Below are positions 38,909 through 49,645 of a stretch of DNA of 64,000 bases, piece after piece. This DNA comes from Longimicrobiales bacterium (GTDB lineage Bacteria > Gemmatimonadota > Gemmatimonadetes > Longimicrobiales > Gaopeijiaceae), in the NCBI GenBank assembly GCA_965226375.1, contig CBDDCX010000008.1, forward strand, positions 2,176,001 to 2,240,000, read 5' to 3'. The stretch's first letter is position 1, and every line of letters starts with the position of its first letter. A model generated the notes under the pieces. It had not been told where the DNA came from and made no database searches. It worked only from the letters and a program-made list of their open reading frames with translations. Position numbers and translations under genes: made by a program.

Positions 38909-41623
38909 ATGACGAACGGGACGGGAGGTGGGTCTCCGCGCCAAGCCGGGGGAGCTGGGGCTCCCCCAAAGGCCCGCGGAGCTGAAGCTCCGCGGTTAGC
39001 ACGCGGCGTGTTGCGCTGGTTGGTGCCGGATCAGGAGGTCGAGATCGCCGACGGCAAGCTCCTCGAGGGCTTCGCGCGACAGACGGAACGAAACGGCGAG
39101 GTGTCGGCCCGATGGTGGTACCGGCGCCAAGTGTGGGGATTCGCGGTGCGGGCTTTCAAGGTCCGTGGCTCGACGGAAACGGGGGAGACAATGGGTTGGA
39201 TGGACGATGTGACGGGAGACGTTCGCTGGGCGTTACGGAGCCTGAAGAGGCGCCCGACCTTCACGGCCGTCGCGGTTGCGCCTCTGGCGCTGGGAATCGG
39301 GGCGAACTCGGCGATCTTCACGCTGGTGAGCGCCCACTTCCTGGCTCCCCTGCCCTACGGCCACCCCGACGATCTGGTGCTCCTGTGGGAGACCCGCCGG
39401 AACGAGCTGGAGGTCACCACCGTGGCTCCCGGCAACTATTGGACCTGGCGGGAAGAGGCCTCGTCCTTTGTGGACATTGCAGCGTACAACGTGGACCGGG
39501 CCACTCTGTCCGGAGAGGGGGACGGGGTTGCGGAGGCGGTGACCGCAAGCGTCGTTTCGCCCCACTTCTTCGACGTGCTAGGGGTCGCCCCGGCGCTGGG
39601 TAGCGGCTTCACGGCCGAGGCGGCGCGGGCCGCCAATGAACAACTCGTGATTCTGGGCCACTCTCTCTGGACCCGCCGGTACGCCGCGGACCCGGGGATC
39701 GTGGGACGCGACATACGGGTGGACGGCCGGCCCCACACGGTGGTCGGGATCATGTCGCCCTCGTTCCGTCAGCCCGAGCGGTCCTTGAGCTGGCAGACCG
39801 CCGAACTTTGGCGGCCGATGCTTCTCGATGATCAGCACGACGATCACGGGTCACGCTACCTGCGGACCATCGCGCGCCGGCAGCCCGGAGTCACCGTCGA
39901 ACAGGCACGCCAGGAAATGACGCTGATGGCCCGCCGGCTCGCCGAAGCGTTCCCGGAGACCAACAAGGGACGGACGGTTCTGGTCCGAACCTTGGACGAA
40001 TATCTCATGGGGACCTCCCAGGCGACGCTCATCATGCTGCTGTTCGCCGGCGCCGCGGTCCTACTCATCGTCTGCGCGAACGTGGCCAACCTGACCTTGG
40101 CGCGAGGCGAAGAGCGCAGACGGGAGTTCGCGGTGCGTGCAGCCCTTGGTTCCGGCAGCAGACGCCTTATCAGGCAAGTGGCCGTCGAGGGCATCGTTCT
40201 GGCTCTGGCGGGCGCGGTGATGGGTACCCTGTTCGTGTTCGGAGGCCGTGATCTTCTTCAGTCGATCCAGGCCGAGTACTTCTCGGGCCTTGTAGACGTG
40301 GCCGTGGACTGGCGGATCATCGGGTTCACTGCGGCGGTCGCCGTCGCTTCGGGGGTCCTCTTCGCACTCCCCCTGGCCCGCCGGGCGTCGAAGCCGGAGC
40401 TCCGTGCCGCCCTCATCGAGGGTGGTGGGCGCACAGGCGGAAGGCGCGGCTCCCAGACGACGCGCACTCTGCTCATCGTCGGCCAGGTCGGGATCGCCAC
40501 GACGCTCCTGGTGGTGGCGACGTTGCTGTCTCGCTCCTTCAACCAGCTGATCAATGTTCCCCCGGGATTCGATCCGAGCGGAGTCATCTCCTTCTCGGTG
40601 TTCCCGCCTCGGACCACCTATCCGGATATCGAAGACGCCCTTCTTTATCACCAAGAGATCATCGGCCCAATAGAAGGAATCCCCGGCGTGACGGAGGTCG
40701 GGATGGTGTCCGACATGCCCTTCACCACTGAAAACCGCCGGACCACCTTCCGTGTGGCGGGACTCGAGCACGATCCTGTGGACCCTCCTGGTTCTGAATT
40801 CCACTTGGTCGTTCCCGAGTACTTCGATGTCATGGGAATTCCACTCCGGACCGGGACCATGCCCGAGATGCGCGAAGGCGACGGCGAGATCCCGGCGCTC
40901 ATCAACGAACGGTTCGCCGAGATGTACTGGGCCGACGGGGAGCCGGTGGGAGCCACCTTCGACCTCGAGTGGCAGGACACAATAACACTCCGGGTCGCGG
41001 GCGTGGTGGGCAACATCTTGGATGACGGATTCGATGCCGCCCCCGATCCCGTGTTCTACATGCCGTACCGACGCCGGCCGAACCGCGGTATGGCGTTCGT
41101 GGTGGGCACGGCAGCGGACCCGGCTCCCCTGGTCACCAGGATCCGCGACGCCGTCGCCCGGGTCGATCCAGATATCCCCGCCGCGAACCTGATGCTCCTG
41201 GAGGACATGATGGCCGAGACGGTCACGCGCCCCAAGGCCGCTTCGCTCATCGGAATGACCTTCGCGTTCATCGCGCTGCTCGTTTCGGCCGCAGGGATAT
41301 ACGGGGTACTCAGCTACGCCGTGCAGGCCCGGACCCGAGAGATCGGAATCAGGGCGGCGCTCGGAGCCGACGGACGGCAGCTCGTCTCGATGGTGATGGG
41401 TCAGTCGACGCGGCTCGTCGCGCTGGGCCTTCTCGCTGGGCTCCTGGGAGCCCTGGCCGCCGAGTCCGCGCTGTCGAGCCTGCTGTTCGGTGTCCGGTCG
41501 TGGGCTCCGTCGAGTCTGGCGTTGGCGACGGTGGTTCTCGGTGCCGTGGGCACGGTCGCCGCATGGATCCCCGCCAGACGAGCCGTGAGGATCGATCCCA
41601 AGGAGGCGCTTCGGGCCGAGTAG
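38909..41623 (+). CDS. ADOP-type duplicated ABC permease with N-terminal extension
   Basis: ARWWYRRQV leader, DVRWALRSL, IGANSAIF, LLIVCANVANL, TREIGIRAALGA, ALRAE. Confidence 0.9.
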   Translation: MTNGTGGGSPRQAGGAGAPPKARGAEAPRLARGVLRWLVPDQEVEIADGKLLEGFARQTERNGEVSARWWYRRQVWGFAVRAFKVRGSTETGETMGWMDDVTGDVRWALRSLKRRPTFTAVAVAPLALGIGANSAIFTLVSAHFLAPLPYGHPDDLVLLWETRRNELEVTTVAPGNYWTWREEASSFVDIAAYNVDRATLSGEGDGVAEAVTASVVSPHFFDVLGVAPALGSGFTAEAARAANEQLVILGHSLWTRRYAADPGIVGRDIRVDGRPHTVVGIMSPSFRQPERSLSWQTAELWRPMLLDDQHDDHGSRYLRTIARRQPGVTVEQARQEMTLMARRLAEAFPETNKGRTVLVRTLDEYLMGTSQATLIMLLFAGAAVLLIVCANVANLTLARGEERRREFAVRAALGSGSRRLIRQVAVEGIVLALAGAVMGTLFVFGGRDLLQSIQAEYFSGLVDVAVDWRIIGFTAAVAVASGVLFALPLARRASKPELRAALIEGGGRTGGRRGSQTTRTLLIVGQVGIATTLLVVATLLSRSFNQLINVPPGFDPSGVISFSVFPPRTTYPDIEDALLYHQEIIGPIEGIPGVTEVGMVSDMPFTTENRRTTFRVAGLEHDPVDPPGSEFHLVVPEYFDVMGIPLRTGTMPEMREGDGEIPALINERFAEMYWADGEPVGATFDLEWQDTITLRVAGVVGNILDDGFDAAPDPVFYMPYRRRPNRGMAFVVGTAADPAPLVTRIRDAVARVDPDIPAANLMLLEDMMAETVTRPKAASLIGMTFAFIALLVSAAGIYGVLSYAVQARTREIGIRAALGADGRQLVSMVMGQSTRLVALGLLAGLLGALAAESALSSLLFGVRSWAPSSLALATVVLGAVGTVAAWIPARRAVRIDPKEALRAE

Positions 41624-41688
41624 CGGCCTCGGGGGCGCCGCCGGCCATCCACGACCCTATGTGGTTGTGTTCACATTCCATTATACCT

Positions 41689-41709
41689 ACATTGTGCGTA
41701 TCACAATGT
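41689..41709. promoter_or_regulatory. Inverted repeat upstream of the TolB-like gene
   Basis: ACATTGTG-5nt-CACAATGT adjacent to RBS AGGAGG. Confidence 0.4.
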
Positions 41710-41724
41710 GAGGAGGGGAATGGG

Positions 41725-42615
41725 ATGAGAGGGATCCAACAAGTCTGGCTCGCCGGTGCCTTGCTGGTGGGGCTGACACCCACCGTGCAGGGCCAAGACA
41801 CGCGCAACATGAACCCCGTATGGTCGCCCGACGGGAAGTTGATCGCTTTTGTGAGCAACCGTGACGGGGGCCCCGACATCTACCTGATGGACTCCTCCGG
41901 GGGATCGGTCGAGAACCTGACCGCGGACGAAGGCTTCGATCTAGGCCCGTCGTGGTCGCATGACGGTCGCCGGATCGCTTGCGTCTCGAATCGGGGCGGT
42001 GACAACGATCTCTATGTGCTGACGCTCGACGGCAGCGAGGTCACGCAGGTGACTCGCCGGGGAGACGTCCTGATGTCGCCGACGTCCTGGTCACCGGACG
42101 ACGAGTGGCTAGCCTTCTCCATCGGCACGCACCAGGATGCCAACGTCCACATGGTTCGCCTCGACGGATCCGAGACAATCGGACTGACGGAGGCACCCGG
42201 CCTCGACGCGGCACCCTCCTGGTCACCCGACGGATCGACCATCGCCTTCGTGTCGAACCGCTTTGGGCCTCTCGACATCTACACCGTGGATGTGGCGAGC
42301 CGCCGAGTCGAGAAGCTCACGGGCGGCTCCAGCGAGGAAGGCCAGCCGAGCTGGTCTCCCGACGGCCAGAGCCTCGCGTTCTTCAGCCGTCGAGACGGCA
42401 ACTCGGAGATCTACGTTGTCCGAGCGGACGGAACCGGCGAACGGAACGTCACCGGCGACCCGGCGAGTGACTCCGGCCCGTATTGGGGATCGGACAGCAC
42501 ACGACTTCTCTTCGTTTCCGACCGTGGTAGCGGCAGCCAGGATGTCTACGTCCTTGACTTGGCCAGTTCCGAGGTGGTTCGTCTTACCGCCGGGTCTCAG
42601 GGCGTAGAGAACTAG
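41725..42615 (+). CDS. Secreted TolB-like PD40 beta-propeller protein
   Basis: Six P.WSPDG..IAFVS.R.G..DIY repeats; signal peptide. Confidence 0.9.
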   Translation: MRGIQQVWLAGALLVGLTPTVQGQDTRNMNPVWSPDGKLIAFVSNRDGGPDIYLMDSSGGSVENLTADEGFDLGPSWSHDGRRIACVSNRGGDNDLYVLTLDGSEVTQVTRRGDVLMSPTSWSPDDEWLAFSIGTHQDANVHMVRLDGSETIGLTEAPGLDAAPSWSPDGSTIAFVSNRFGPLDIYTVDVASRRVEKLTGGSSEEGQPSWSPDGQSLAFFSRRDGNSEIYVVRADGTGERNVTGDPASDSGPYWGSDSTRLLFVSDRGSGSQDVYVLDLASSEVVRLTAGSQGVEN

Positions 42616-42686
42616 GCTGTCAGCAACCCGACCGGGGCCCCGTGCGGGACCTACGGCCAGCCACGATCCGACGAGGAACCACAGCT

Positions 42687-44234
42687 ATGACAGGCAAACT
42701 CATGTATTCGTCTCACGTCTTGTGCTGGCTGGGGCTCGCTTTGGTGGCGACACCGTATTCGTCTCACGTCTTGTGCTGGCTGGGGCTCGCTTTGGTGGCG
42801 ACACCGGCGCTCGTCCGCGGCCAGGCCGGGGAGCGCCCGCCGGTGTGGTCGTCCGCCGAGACCTTCGGGGCCACGGAGTTATCGGGCGACCTGGAGGTCG
42901 CTCGAAAGGCCCTGGTTGAGGCGCACGCCGGCTTCAACCGGTACTCGAGCGCCGCCGAGACCGAGGCGGCGTTTCAACGAGCGGAGCAGTCCCTCCGTGA
43001 CGGCATGACCGAGTTGGAGTTCCTGGGACTGATACGGGACGCCGTGGCAGTCTCGAGGGATGGTCACACGAGGGTCTCTCCCTCACGGGAGCTCGCCTCG
43101 CTTGTGAGCGAGTCTTCGTACGTGCTTCCGTTGGATCTGGAGATGCGCGAAGACGGCGCGTACGTGAAGAAGTCGTACGCCGGCGCAGGTGGTCCACCTC
43201 CTGGAGCTCGGGTGCTGAGCATCAACGATGACGGCATGCAGGACATCCTGACCCGATTGCTTGCCGCCCACCCCGGGGACGGGTCCATCCAGACCGGGAA
43301 GCTGCATCGACTCGGTCGACCGCTCACGTTCTCGGACTACTATATGTCCCAGTTGGAGCCGACCGAACGATACGACGTCCGATTTCAGGCCCTGGACGGC
43401 GGCCCCGAACAGCGAGTCGCCTTGGAGGGGATGACCCCGGCCGAGTTTCGCATGCGATCCGGGGCGGGACGTCATGGAGCGCCGCAGGCGACTCCCCCGA
43501 TCGAGTTCACTTCACGGGATGGTATCGGGGTACTCACGGTGCGCAGCTTCGGCGCACCGATCTACGAGACCGCAGGCCTCGACTTTCCGGAATTCCTTCA
43601 GCGGACCTTCGAACAGCTCCGCAACACTGATGCAAAAGGGCTCGTCATCGACGTGCGTGGCAACGGAGGGGGTACGGACCGATACGGCCTCCTGCTCGCC
43701 AGCTACCTGCTCAGCGAGCGCTTTCAGTACTACGAGCGGCTCGAGGTGAAGACGGCGTCCTTCCCCTTCCTGACGTCCCTCGGCACGGGCGTTCCGGACA
43801 TCCCGATGGACCAAGTCCGTTCGAACGACCGGGGAAATTATGACTATCTCGATCACTCGAACCTCGGATCGCACGAACCGCAGGGCATGAGGTTCGGCGG
43901 CCCGGTCGTCGTCCTTCAAGATGGCGGGAGCTTTTCGGCGACGAGTGAGTTTCTCTCGGTCGTGCGCCACGCGGATCGGGCCGTCTTCGTCGGAGAAGAG
44001 AGCGGGGGAGGCTACTACGGCAATACGTCCGGCCTCGGCGCTACCGTCACCCTTCCGGCGACCGGCGTGCGGGTCCAGATCCCGATCGTGGGCTACTGGA
44101 TGGCCGTGCCCGGCCAAGAACCTCGGGACCGTGGGCTCATCCCGGACCACCGGGTCGATTCCTCGATCGAGGAGCTACTCATGGGTACGGATCGGCCCCT
44201 GGAGTTCGCCCGCAACCTGCTGTCACAGGGTTGA
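42687..44234 (+). CDS. S41 family peptidase
   Basis: DGHT, LVIDVRGNGGG, SFSATSEF, VGEESGG, RGLIPD. Confidence 0.85.
   Translation: MTGKLMYSSHVLCWLGLALVATPYSSHVLCWLGLALVATPALVRGQAGERPPVWSSAETFGATELSGDLEVARKALVEAHAGFNRYSSAAETEAAFQRAEQSLRDGMTELEFLGLIRDAVAVSRDGHTRVSPSRELASLVSESSYVLPLDLEMREDGAYVKKSYAGAGGPPPGARVLSINDDGMQDILTRLLAAHPGDGSIQTGKLHRLGRPLTFSDYYMSQLEPTERYDVRFQALDGGPEQRVALEGMTPAEFRMRSGAGRHGAPQATPPIEFTSRDGIGVLTVRSFGAPIYETAGLDFPEFLQRTFEQLRNTDAKGLVIDVRGNGGGTDRYGLLLASYLLSERFQYYERLEVKTASFPFLTSLGTGVPDIPMDQVRSNDRGNYDYLDHSNLGSHEPQGMRFGGPVVVLQDGGSFSATSEFLSVVRHADRAVFVGEESGGGYYGNTSGLGATVTLPATGVRVQIPIVGYWMAVPGQEPRDRGLIPDHRVDSSIEELLMGTDRPLEFARNLLSQG
42704..42805 (+). repeat. Perfect 51-bp tandem duplication in the signal-peptide region
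   Basis: GTATTCGTCTCACG...GGCGACACC x2 (YSSHVLCWLGLALVATP x2). Confidence 0.95.
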
Positions 44235-44289
44235 GGCGCGGATCCATTACGGGCACGGGAAGCTCGCTGCGATACGCGTGATCGCCGGC

Positions 44290-44982
44290 CTACTCCAGTA
44301 TCGTCGCAAGCTCGTCGAGCGGCTTCTTGATCTTGGCGATGGCCGGGACCGTGGCGTTCTCCCCAGGGTGGCCGACCGCGAGGATCATCACCGGTTTCTC
44401 GGAATCGGGGCGGTCGCAGAGCTCGTTTAGAAAGCTCATAGGGCTGGGCGTATGGGTCAGCGTGACCAGACCAGCGTGGTGCAGCGCGGCGATCAGGAAG
44501 CCGGTGGCGATGCCTACGCTTTCCGAGACGTAGTAGTTCTTGTACTGCTGACCGTCCTCGAAGCGTCCGTATCGCTGCGCGAAGATCACGATGATCCAGG
44601 ACGCGAGATCGAGATGCGGCTTGCTGTCGTCGGTGCCCACAGGCTCGAGCGCCTTCAGCCACTCGTCGCCCGCCCCCCCGGAGTAGAACTTCTTCTCCTC
44701 CTCCTCGGCCGCCAGCCGAATCCGGTGCTTGTGCTCGGCATTGGAGATGGCCACGAAATGCCAGGGCTGATGGTTGGCCCCACTCGGAGCGGTTCCAGCC
44801 GCAAGCATGCAACTCTCGACCACCTCGCGTGCCACAGGCCGTGTTGAATAGTCTCGAACCGAATGTCTCCGCTTCATGAAGCCGTAGAAGTTCTGAGCGG
44901 CGTCGAGCATCTGCTCGTCGGACATATCGTGCCGATCCGGGAGCGGAAGGGGTTCGAAGGAAAGCCTCTCCTGCGTGAACAT
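44290..44982 (-). CDS. Nitroreductase-fold flavoprotein, iodotyrosine deiodinase-like
   Basis: RRHSVRDYS, APSGANHQPWHF, AEEEEKKFY, GT..SKPHL, YYVSESVGIA, LTHTPSPM. Confidence 0.8.
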   Translation of the reverse strand: MFTQERLSFEPLPLPDRHDMSDEQMLDAAQNFYGFMKRRHSVRDYSTRPVAREVVESCMLAAGTAPSGANHQPWHFVAISNAEHKHRIRLAAEEEEKKFYSGGAGDEWLKALEPVGTDDSKPHLDLASWIIVIFAQRYGRFEDGQQYKNYYVSESVGIATGFLIAALHHAGLVTLTHTPSPMSFLNELCDRPDSEKPVMILAVGHPGENATVPAIAKIKKPLDELATILE

Positions 44983-45086
44983 CGACGTACTCCTCAAGCG
45001 ATCTGTGAACGTGCGGTCGGGTGCTTCTATACACCCACCCAGCGATGCCACGCAACCTGTCCATCGAGACCAGGTGAACGATGCGC

Positions 45087-47129
45087 CTACCCCGGCAGCT
45101 TGAGCGCCACCAGACGACCGGGCCTGCCGACCTGCACCACGATGTGCTGCCTCCCCTCGTGAATGTAGGTCATCATGCCGTACTGACCCGGCGCCGGAAG
45201 CTCGACCTCCCCTACCGCCTCACCGGTACGCTTGTCGTAGGCGTTGAGCACCGGCGGTCCATTGGATCCCTCGGTCGCGTACAAGAGGTCACCCGCGACC
45301 ATCTGGATCGAGTTGCCGCCGCCACCGGTCCTGGAGAGATCCACACCCTGTAGAGCCGGATGGTTCTTGACCGCGTCCGGAGTGTCACCGATGGGAATCC
45401 ACCAGAGGCGCTCTCCGGTGTTCATGTCGTACGCGGAGAGACGGTTGTAGGGCGGCTTCCAGAGAGGGAGCCCCTGGACCGGAGGCATCCCACCTCCGGG
45501 GCCTGCGACCCATTCTGAGATCGTCGTGCCGGTGGTCCTGGGGTTGTCCGGCTCATCCGCTTGATGCCCCGGAATCACCATGCCGCCGCCGCAGCGGCGG
45601 GACGACGGTACGTACATGATCCCCGTCGTCGGATCCATGGTCGCGGGATTGGTGATGTTCAGGCCGCCGTAGCAGCGGATGTTGTCCTCGAAGCCGGTGT
45701 TGTGATCGACCTGGAGCCGAGGCAGGAACGGGCCACCGACCCGGTATTCACTGATGATCTCCCGCGCCTCTGCCCTGAGCTCCGGCGTGAAATCAATCAG
45801 ATCCTCCTCCGGAAGCCCGAGGGGCTCGGACGGTTCCGGCCAGGTGGGGATGGGCTGGGTCGGAGAGGTCCAGTTCCCGGGAACCTCCGTCTGCAGAACG
45901 GGCTTCTCTTCGATCGGCCAGATGGGATCGCCCGTCTCCCGATTGAAGGCATAGATGATCCCCGTCTTGGTCGTCTGGACCACCGCTGGAACGGACCGTC
46001 CGTCCACCTGTAGATCCGCGATCATGGGAACGTTCGGAAGATCATAGTTCCACTGGTCGCTGTGGACCGTCTGGAAATGCCAGACCCGCTCGCCGGTCTG
46101 GACGTCCAGTGCGATCACGCTGGTTCCGAACAGATTGTCTCCCGGACTGAAGCCAGCGAAGTAGTCGATGGTCGGAGGATTGGTCGGAATGTAGACGATG
46201 CCGCGCTCACGGTCGGCGGACATTGGGGCCCAAGACGAGACATCGCCCGTCCGCTGCCATGCGTCGTTGAGCCAGGTCTCGTGGCCGACTTCACCCGGAC
46301 GCGGAATGACGTGGAACTTCCACTTGAAGTCGCCGCTCTTGGCGTCGAAGGCCAGGATGTCGCCCGGCACGTTCTCGATGCGCGTCTGGTTGTAGCCCTG
46401 CTCCGCGGAATTCCCCACGATCACGACGTCGTCCACCACGATCGGGGGCGACGAGGTGGTGATGAACCCCAACTCTCGTGGGATCCCGTAATCCGGATCG
46501 TAGGCCTGGTCCCAGTCCTGCCACGGGCCCCAGTCTTCCAAGAGGTCGGGGAGCATGTCCACGATTCCGGTTTGGGCGAAGCCCGACAGCGGTACAGGGG
46601 TCCCGAAGCCCTCGATCGGACGGCCGGTCTTGGCGTCCAGCGCATGCAGGAAGAAGCCGGGTGACGTGTAGTAGATCACGCCGCGTCCGTCGACTTCGGC
46701 GTAGGCGACACCCTTGCCGTAATTCTGCCGCATCGAGCGCTCCCACCGGGTGGTGTGAGGCTCGCGGTAGGTCCAGAGCGTCTCGCCCGTCGCGGGGTCG
46801 ATCGCGGCTACCGCACGGCGCTGCCCGGCCACCGTGTAGAGAACGCCGTCCACGTAGGTCGGCGTGGACTTCATCTGATAGTCCACTTCGGGACCGAAGT
46901 TGTCGGTTCTCCAGATCCACGCCACCTCGAGGTCCGCAACGTTGGAGCCGTTGATCTGGTTGGCCGCGGAGTACCGAGTACCCCAGGCGTCCCCACTCTG
47001 GTAGCGCCACTCCCCGTCCGGGTTGTCACGATCCTGTGCTGATCCGACCACAGGGGCAGCCAGGAGCCAAGCGAGGATGAGGGCTGAGATTAACGAGAGC
47101 CGGGAGATCGTACGGGATGACGAAGACAT
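45087..47129 (-). CDS. PQQ-binding quinoprotein (glucose dehydrogenase-like)
   Basis: EWRY..GD..GTRYS..QIN, STP.YVDG, TSSPP, VWHFQTVH.DQWNYD, KPPY; signal peptide. Confidence 0.9.
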   Translation of the reverse strand: MSSSSRTISRLSLISALILAWLLAAPVVGSAQDRDNPDGEWRYQSGDAWGTRYSAANQINGSNVADLEVAWIWRTDNFGPEVDYQMKSTPTYVDGVLYTVAGQRRAVAAIDPATGETLWTYREPHTTRWERSMRQNYGKGVAYAEVDGRGVIYYTSPGFFLHALDAKTGRPIEGFGTPVPLSGFAQTGIVDMLPDLLEDWGPWQDWDQAYDPDYGIPRELGFITTSSPPIVVDDVVIVGNSAEQGYNQTRIENVPGDILAFDAKSGDFKWKFHVIPRPGEVGHETWLNDAWQRTGDVSSWAPMSADRERGIVYIPTNPPTIDYFAGFSPGDNLFGTSVIALDVQTGERVWHFQTVHSDQWNYDLPNVPMIADLQVDGRSVPAVVQTTKTGIIYAFNRETGDPIWPIEEKPVLQTEVPGNWTSPTQPIPTWPEPSEPLGLPEEDLIDFTPELRAEAREIISEYRVGGPFLPRLQVDHNTGFEDNIRCYGGLNITNPATMDPTTGIMYVPSSRRCGGGMVIPGHQADEPDNPRTTGTTISEWVAGPGGGMPPVQGLPLWKPPYNRLSAYDMNTGERLWWIPIGDTPDAVKNHPALQGVDLSRTGGGGNSIQMVAGDLLYATEGSNGPPVLNAYDKRTGEAVGEVELPAPGQYGMMTYIHEGRQHIVVQVGRPGRLVALKLPG

Positions 47130-47409
47130 GGTTCTCCTCACCGGAAAAGCCGGTACCACAAAGCGGCCCTCAGAAGCACCCTAGACGTCGTTGGCTGCCC
47201 CCAGGCGGGCCGTCAAATCCGAGCAGGCATGGGTAGTACACACTCTGGAACTCAGCCAGTGAGACGAGGGTCCGGTCACGGACTCCCCTCGCTCCGACCG
47301 CCCCTGCCCCATGCCTCCCCCCGGCGTAAGTTGCCCGAAGACTCGGCGCCTGCAGGATCAGGGAACGGGGACGAGCGTCCGAACTCATGCGCAACGGCGG
47401 AGGACCGGA

Positions 47410-48546
47410 ATGAGGCAGTTACATCGCTCGCACAGGCGAGTCCATCGAACAGCGGGAGCCGCATCGATCCTGGCCCTGGGGTGTGCGTCGACCCTGGCCT
47501 TGGGCGCGGAGCTGCACGCCCAGTCCGCCACCACCAACCCGTACCGCGTCACCTTCGGCTGGGAGAAACTCCCCCAAGGAAGAACACTGGGAATCGTGAG
47601 CGGAGTCATCCCCGACCCGGACGGACGGCACCTCTGGATCCTGGACCGGTGTGGCGCGAATCAATGTGCCGGAAGCGACCTGGACCCGATCCTGAAATTC
47701 GACCTCGACGGCGACCTGGTGGATAGTTTCGGGGCGGGTCTCTTTGCCTTCCCGCACGGTTTCGCACTCGATCATGAGGGATTCCTTTGGGTCACCGACG
47801 GCGGATCCCATGGAGACGCTCGCGCGACGTTGGGTGAGAGCATGGGCATGGGTCACCAGGTCCTCAAACTCACGCGGGAGGGCGAAGTGGTGATGCGGCT
47901 GGGCGAAGCCGCAGTGTGGGGGGACGACGAGACGCACTTCAATGGGCCCTCCGGCGTCGCGGTCGCACCGAACGGCGACATTTGGGTCGCAGACGGGCAC
48001 CGGGGCGGGAACAACCGCATCGTCCGGCTCACCCGTGAGGGGGTGTTCGTCCGCGCGGTCGGTGGAGGTGTCGGTTCGGAGAGCCGAGAGCCCTCTCGAT
48101 TCAGCGACCCGCACGATCTCAAAATCGACTCCCGGGGGCGGGTGCTCGTCGCGGACCGCGGCAACAGCCGAATCCAGGTCTTCGACCCAGAGGGTGACCT
48201 TCTCTACATCTGGACCCACTACGGCAAGCCGAGCGGGCTGTTCATCGACCGCAACGACATCCTCTACGCGAGCGATGGCCTGTCCGGGGACCTTCGCACC
48301 GGCCCCCCCGACCCGTGGCGGAGCAATTTCGGCTGGGAGAAAGGCATCCGCATCGGAGATCTGAAGACCGAGCAGGCCTGGGTGGTGCACTTCATTCCAC
48401 AACACGACGAGAACATCGGACCGGAAATCGAGTTCCTGGGGGTGGATCTCGAAGGCAACATCTACGCGGGGACGATCAACCGGATGCGCCTGGTGAGGTA
48501 CGTGCCGTTCCGGCCACCCACGGTCGGGGGACGACAGATCCGGTAG
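47410..48546 (+). CDS. NHL-repeat protein (peptidyl-alpha-hydroxyglycine lyase-like)
   Basis: FAFPHG, FNGPSGVAV, WVADG, FSDPH, VADRGNSRIQVFD. Confidence 0.85.
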   Translation: MRQLHRSHRRVHRTAGAASILALGCASTLALGAELHAQSATTNPYRVTFGWEKLPQGRTLGIVSGVIPDPDGRHLWILDRCGANQCAGSDLDPILKFDLDGDLVDSFGAGLFAFPHGFALDHEGFLWVTDGGSHGDARATLGESMGMGHQVLKLTREGEVVMRLGEAAVWGDDETHFNGPSGVAVAPNGDIWVADGHRGGNNRIVRLTREGVFVRAVGGGVGSESREPSRFSDPHDLKIDSRGRVLVADRGNSRIQVFDPEGDLLYIWTHYGKPSGLFIDRNDILYASDGLSGDLRTGPPDPWRSNFGWEKGIRIGDLKTEQAWVVHFIPQHDENIGPEIEFLGVDLEGNIYAGTINRMRLVRYVPFRPPTVGGRQIR

Positions 48547-48580
48547 GGCCCGGGTATGCTTCATCTTCATTTACTCGTGA

Positions 48581-49645
48581 TGGGGTATTGCCTTAAGTCC
48601 ACCGCCCACTACATGTTGTGGTCATGGCGGTTCCGGCTTCTCAGCTCCGTGGCGGCGTGGACTATCCCCGTACGCGGCTGGAGTTGGACGAGTTCTTCCC
48701 CGACGATGCGGCATGCCTGGAGTACGTGGAGGGTCTGCGCTGGCCGGAAGGGTTTGTGTGCGTGGGCTGTGGCGGGTTGGGAGAGGTCTGGCGAGCATCG
48801 CGGGGGCGTCTCGTCTGCCCACACTGTCGAAGGCAGACCTCGGTGCTGGCGGGAACCGTGTTCCACCGCACGCGCTCGCCCCTGCGTCTGTGGTTTCTCG
48901 CTGCCTGGGAGCTCACGAGCCAGAAATACGGAGCCAATGCTCTCGGGCTCCAGCGCGTGCTCGGACTGGGAAGCTACAAGACAGCGTGGGTCTGGCTCCA
49001 CAAGCTCCGCCGGGCCATGGTCCGACCGGATCGCGACCAGCTGAGCGGCGTTGTGCAAGTGGACGAGAGCTATGTCGGGGGCGTGGAGGCTGGAGTGCGG
49101 GGCCGCGAGACGATCAAGAAGGCCATCGTCGCGATCGCCGCCGAGGTCGACGGACGCAAGATCGGGAGAATACGGCTGCGTTGGGTGCCCGACCTCTCCG
49201 CTCCGGTTCTGCGAGGCTTCGTCAAGGATAGCATCGCACCGGCAAGCACGGTGCATACCGACGGATGGCCAAGCTATCAGGGACTCGCCAAACTGGGCTT
49301 TCGCCACACGGTCACGAACCTCTCGACCTCCGGCGATCCCGCTCACGTGCTCATGTCGGCCGTACATCGGGTGGCGTCTCTCCTCAAGCGCTGGGTCCTC
49401 GGAACCCTCCAAGGAGGGATCGCCCGCGAACACCTCCCCTACTATCTGGACGAGTTCACCTTTCGCTTCAACCGACGCACATCCCGGGCTCGCGGCCTGT
49501 TGTTCTACCGCTTGCTTGAGCAGGCTGTTCAGTGTGCTCCCACGCCAGCTTCGGCCCTTTACCTCGGCACCGGACGTGGGAAACGGCCCGCAGAGCCCCG
49601 GTAACCACTATATCTTGGGGTCGGTGGACTTAAGGGAATACCCCC
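48581..49645 (+). mobile_element. IS1595-family element, copy 1 (1065 bp)
   Basis: IR GGGGTATT(G/C)CCTTAAGTCCACCG; 10-bp direct repeat TTACTCGTGA at 48571-80 and 49646-55. Confidence 0.9.
48618..49604 (+). CDS. IS1595 transposase
   Basis: RWPEGFVCVGC..CPHC Zn finger, SYKTAW..LHKLR, VDESY, HTDG, YLDEFTFRFNRR. Confidence 0.95.
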   Translation: MVMAVPASQLRGGVDYPRTRLELDEFFPDDAACLEYVEGLRWPEGFVCVGCGGLGEVWRASRGRLVCPHCRRQTSVLAGTVFHRTRSPLRLWFLAAWELTSQKYGANALGLQRVLGLGSYKTAWVWLHKLRRAMVRPDRDQLSGVVQVDESYVGGVEAGVRGRETIKKAIVAIAAEVDGRKIGRIRLRWVPDLSAPVLRGFVKDSIAPASTVHTDGWPSYQGLAKLGFRHTVTNLSTSGDPAHVLMSAVHRVASLLKRWVLGTLQGGIAREHLPYYLDEFTFRFNRRTSRARGLLFYRLLEQAVQCAPTPASALYLGTGRGKRPAEPR

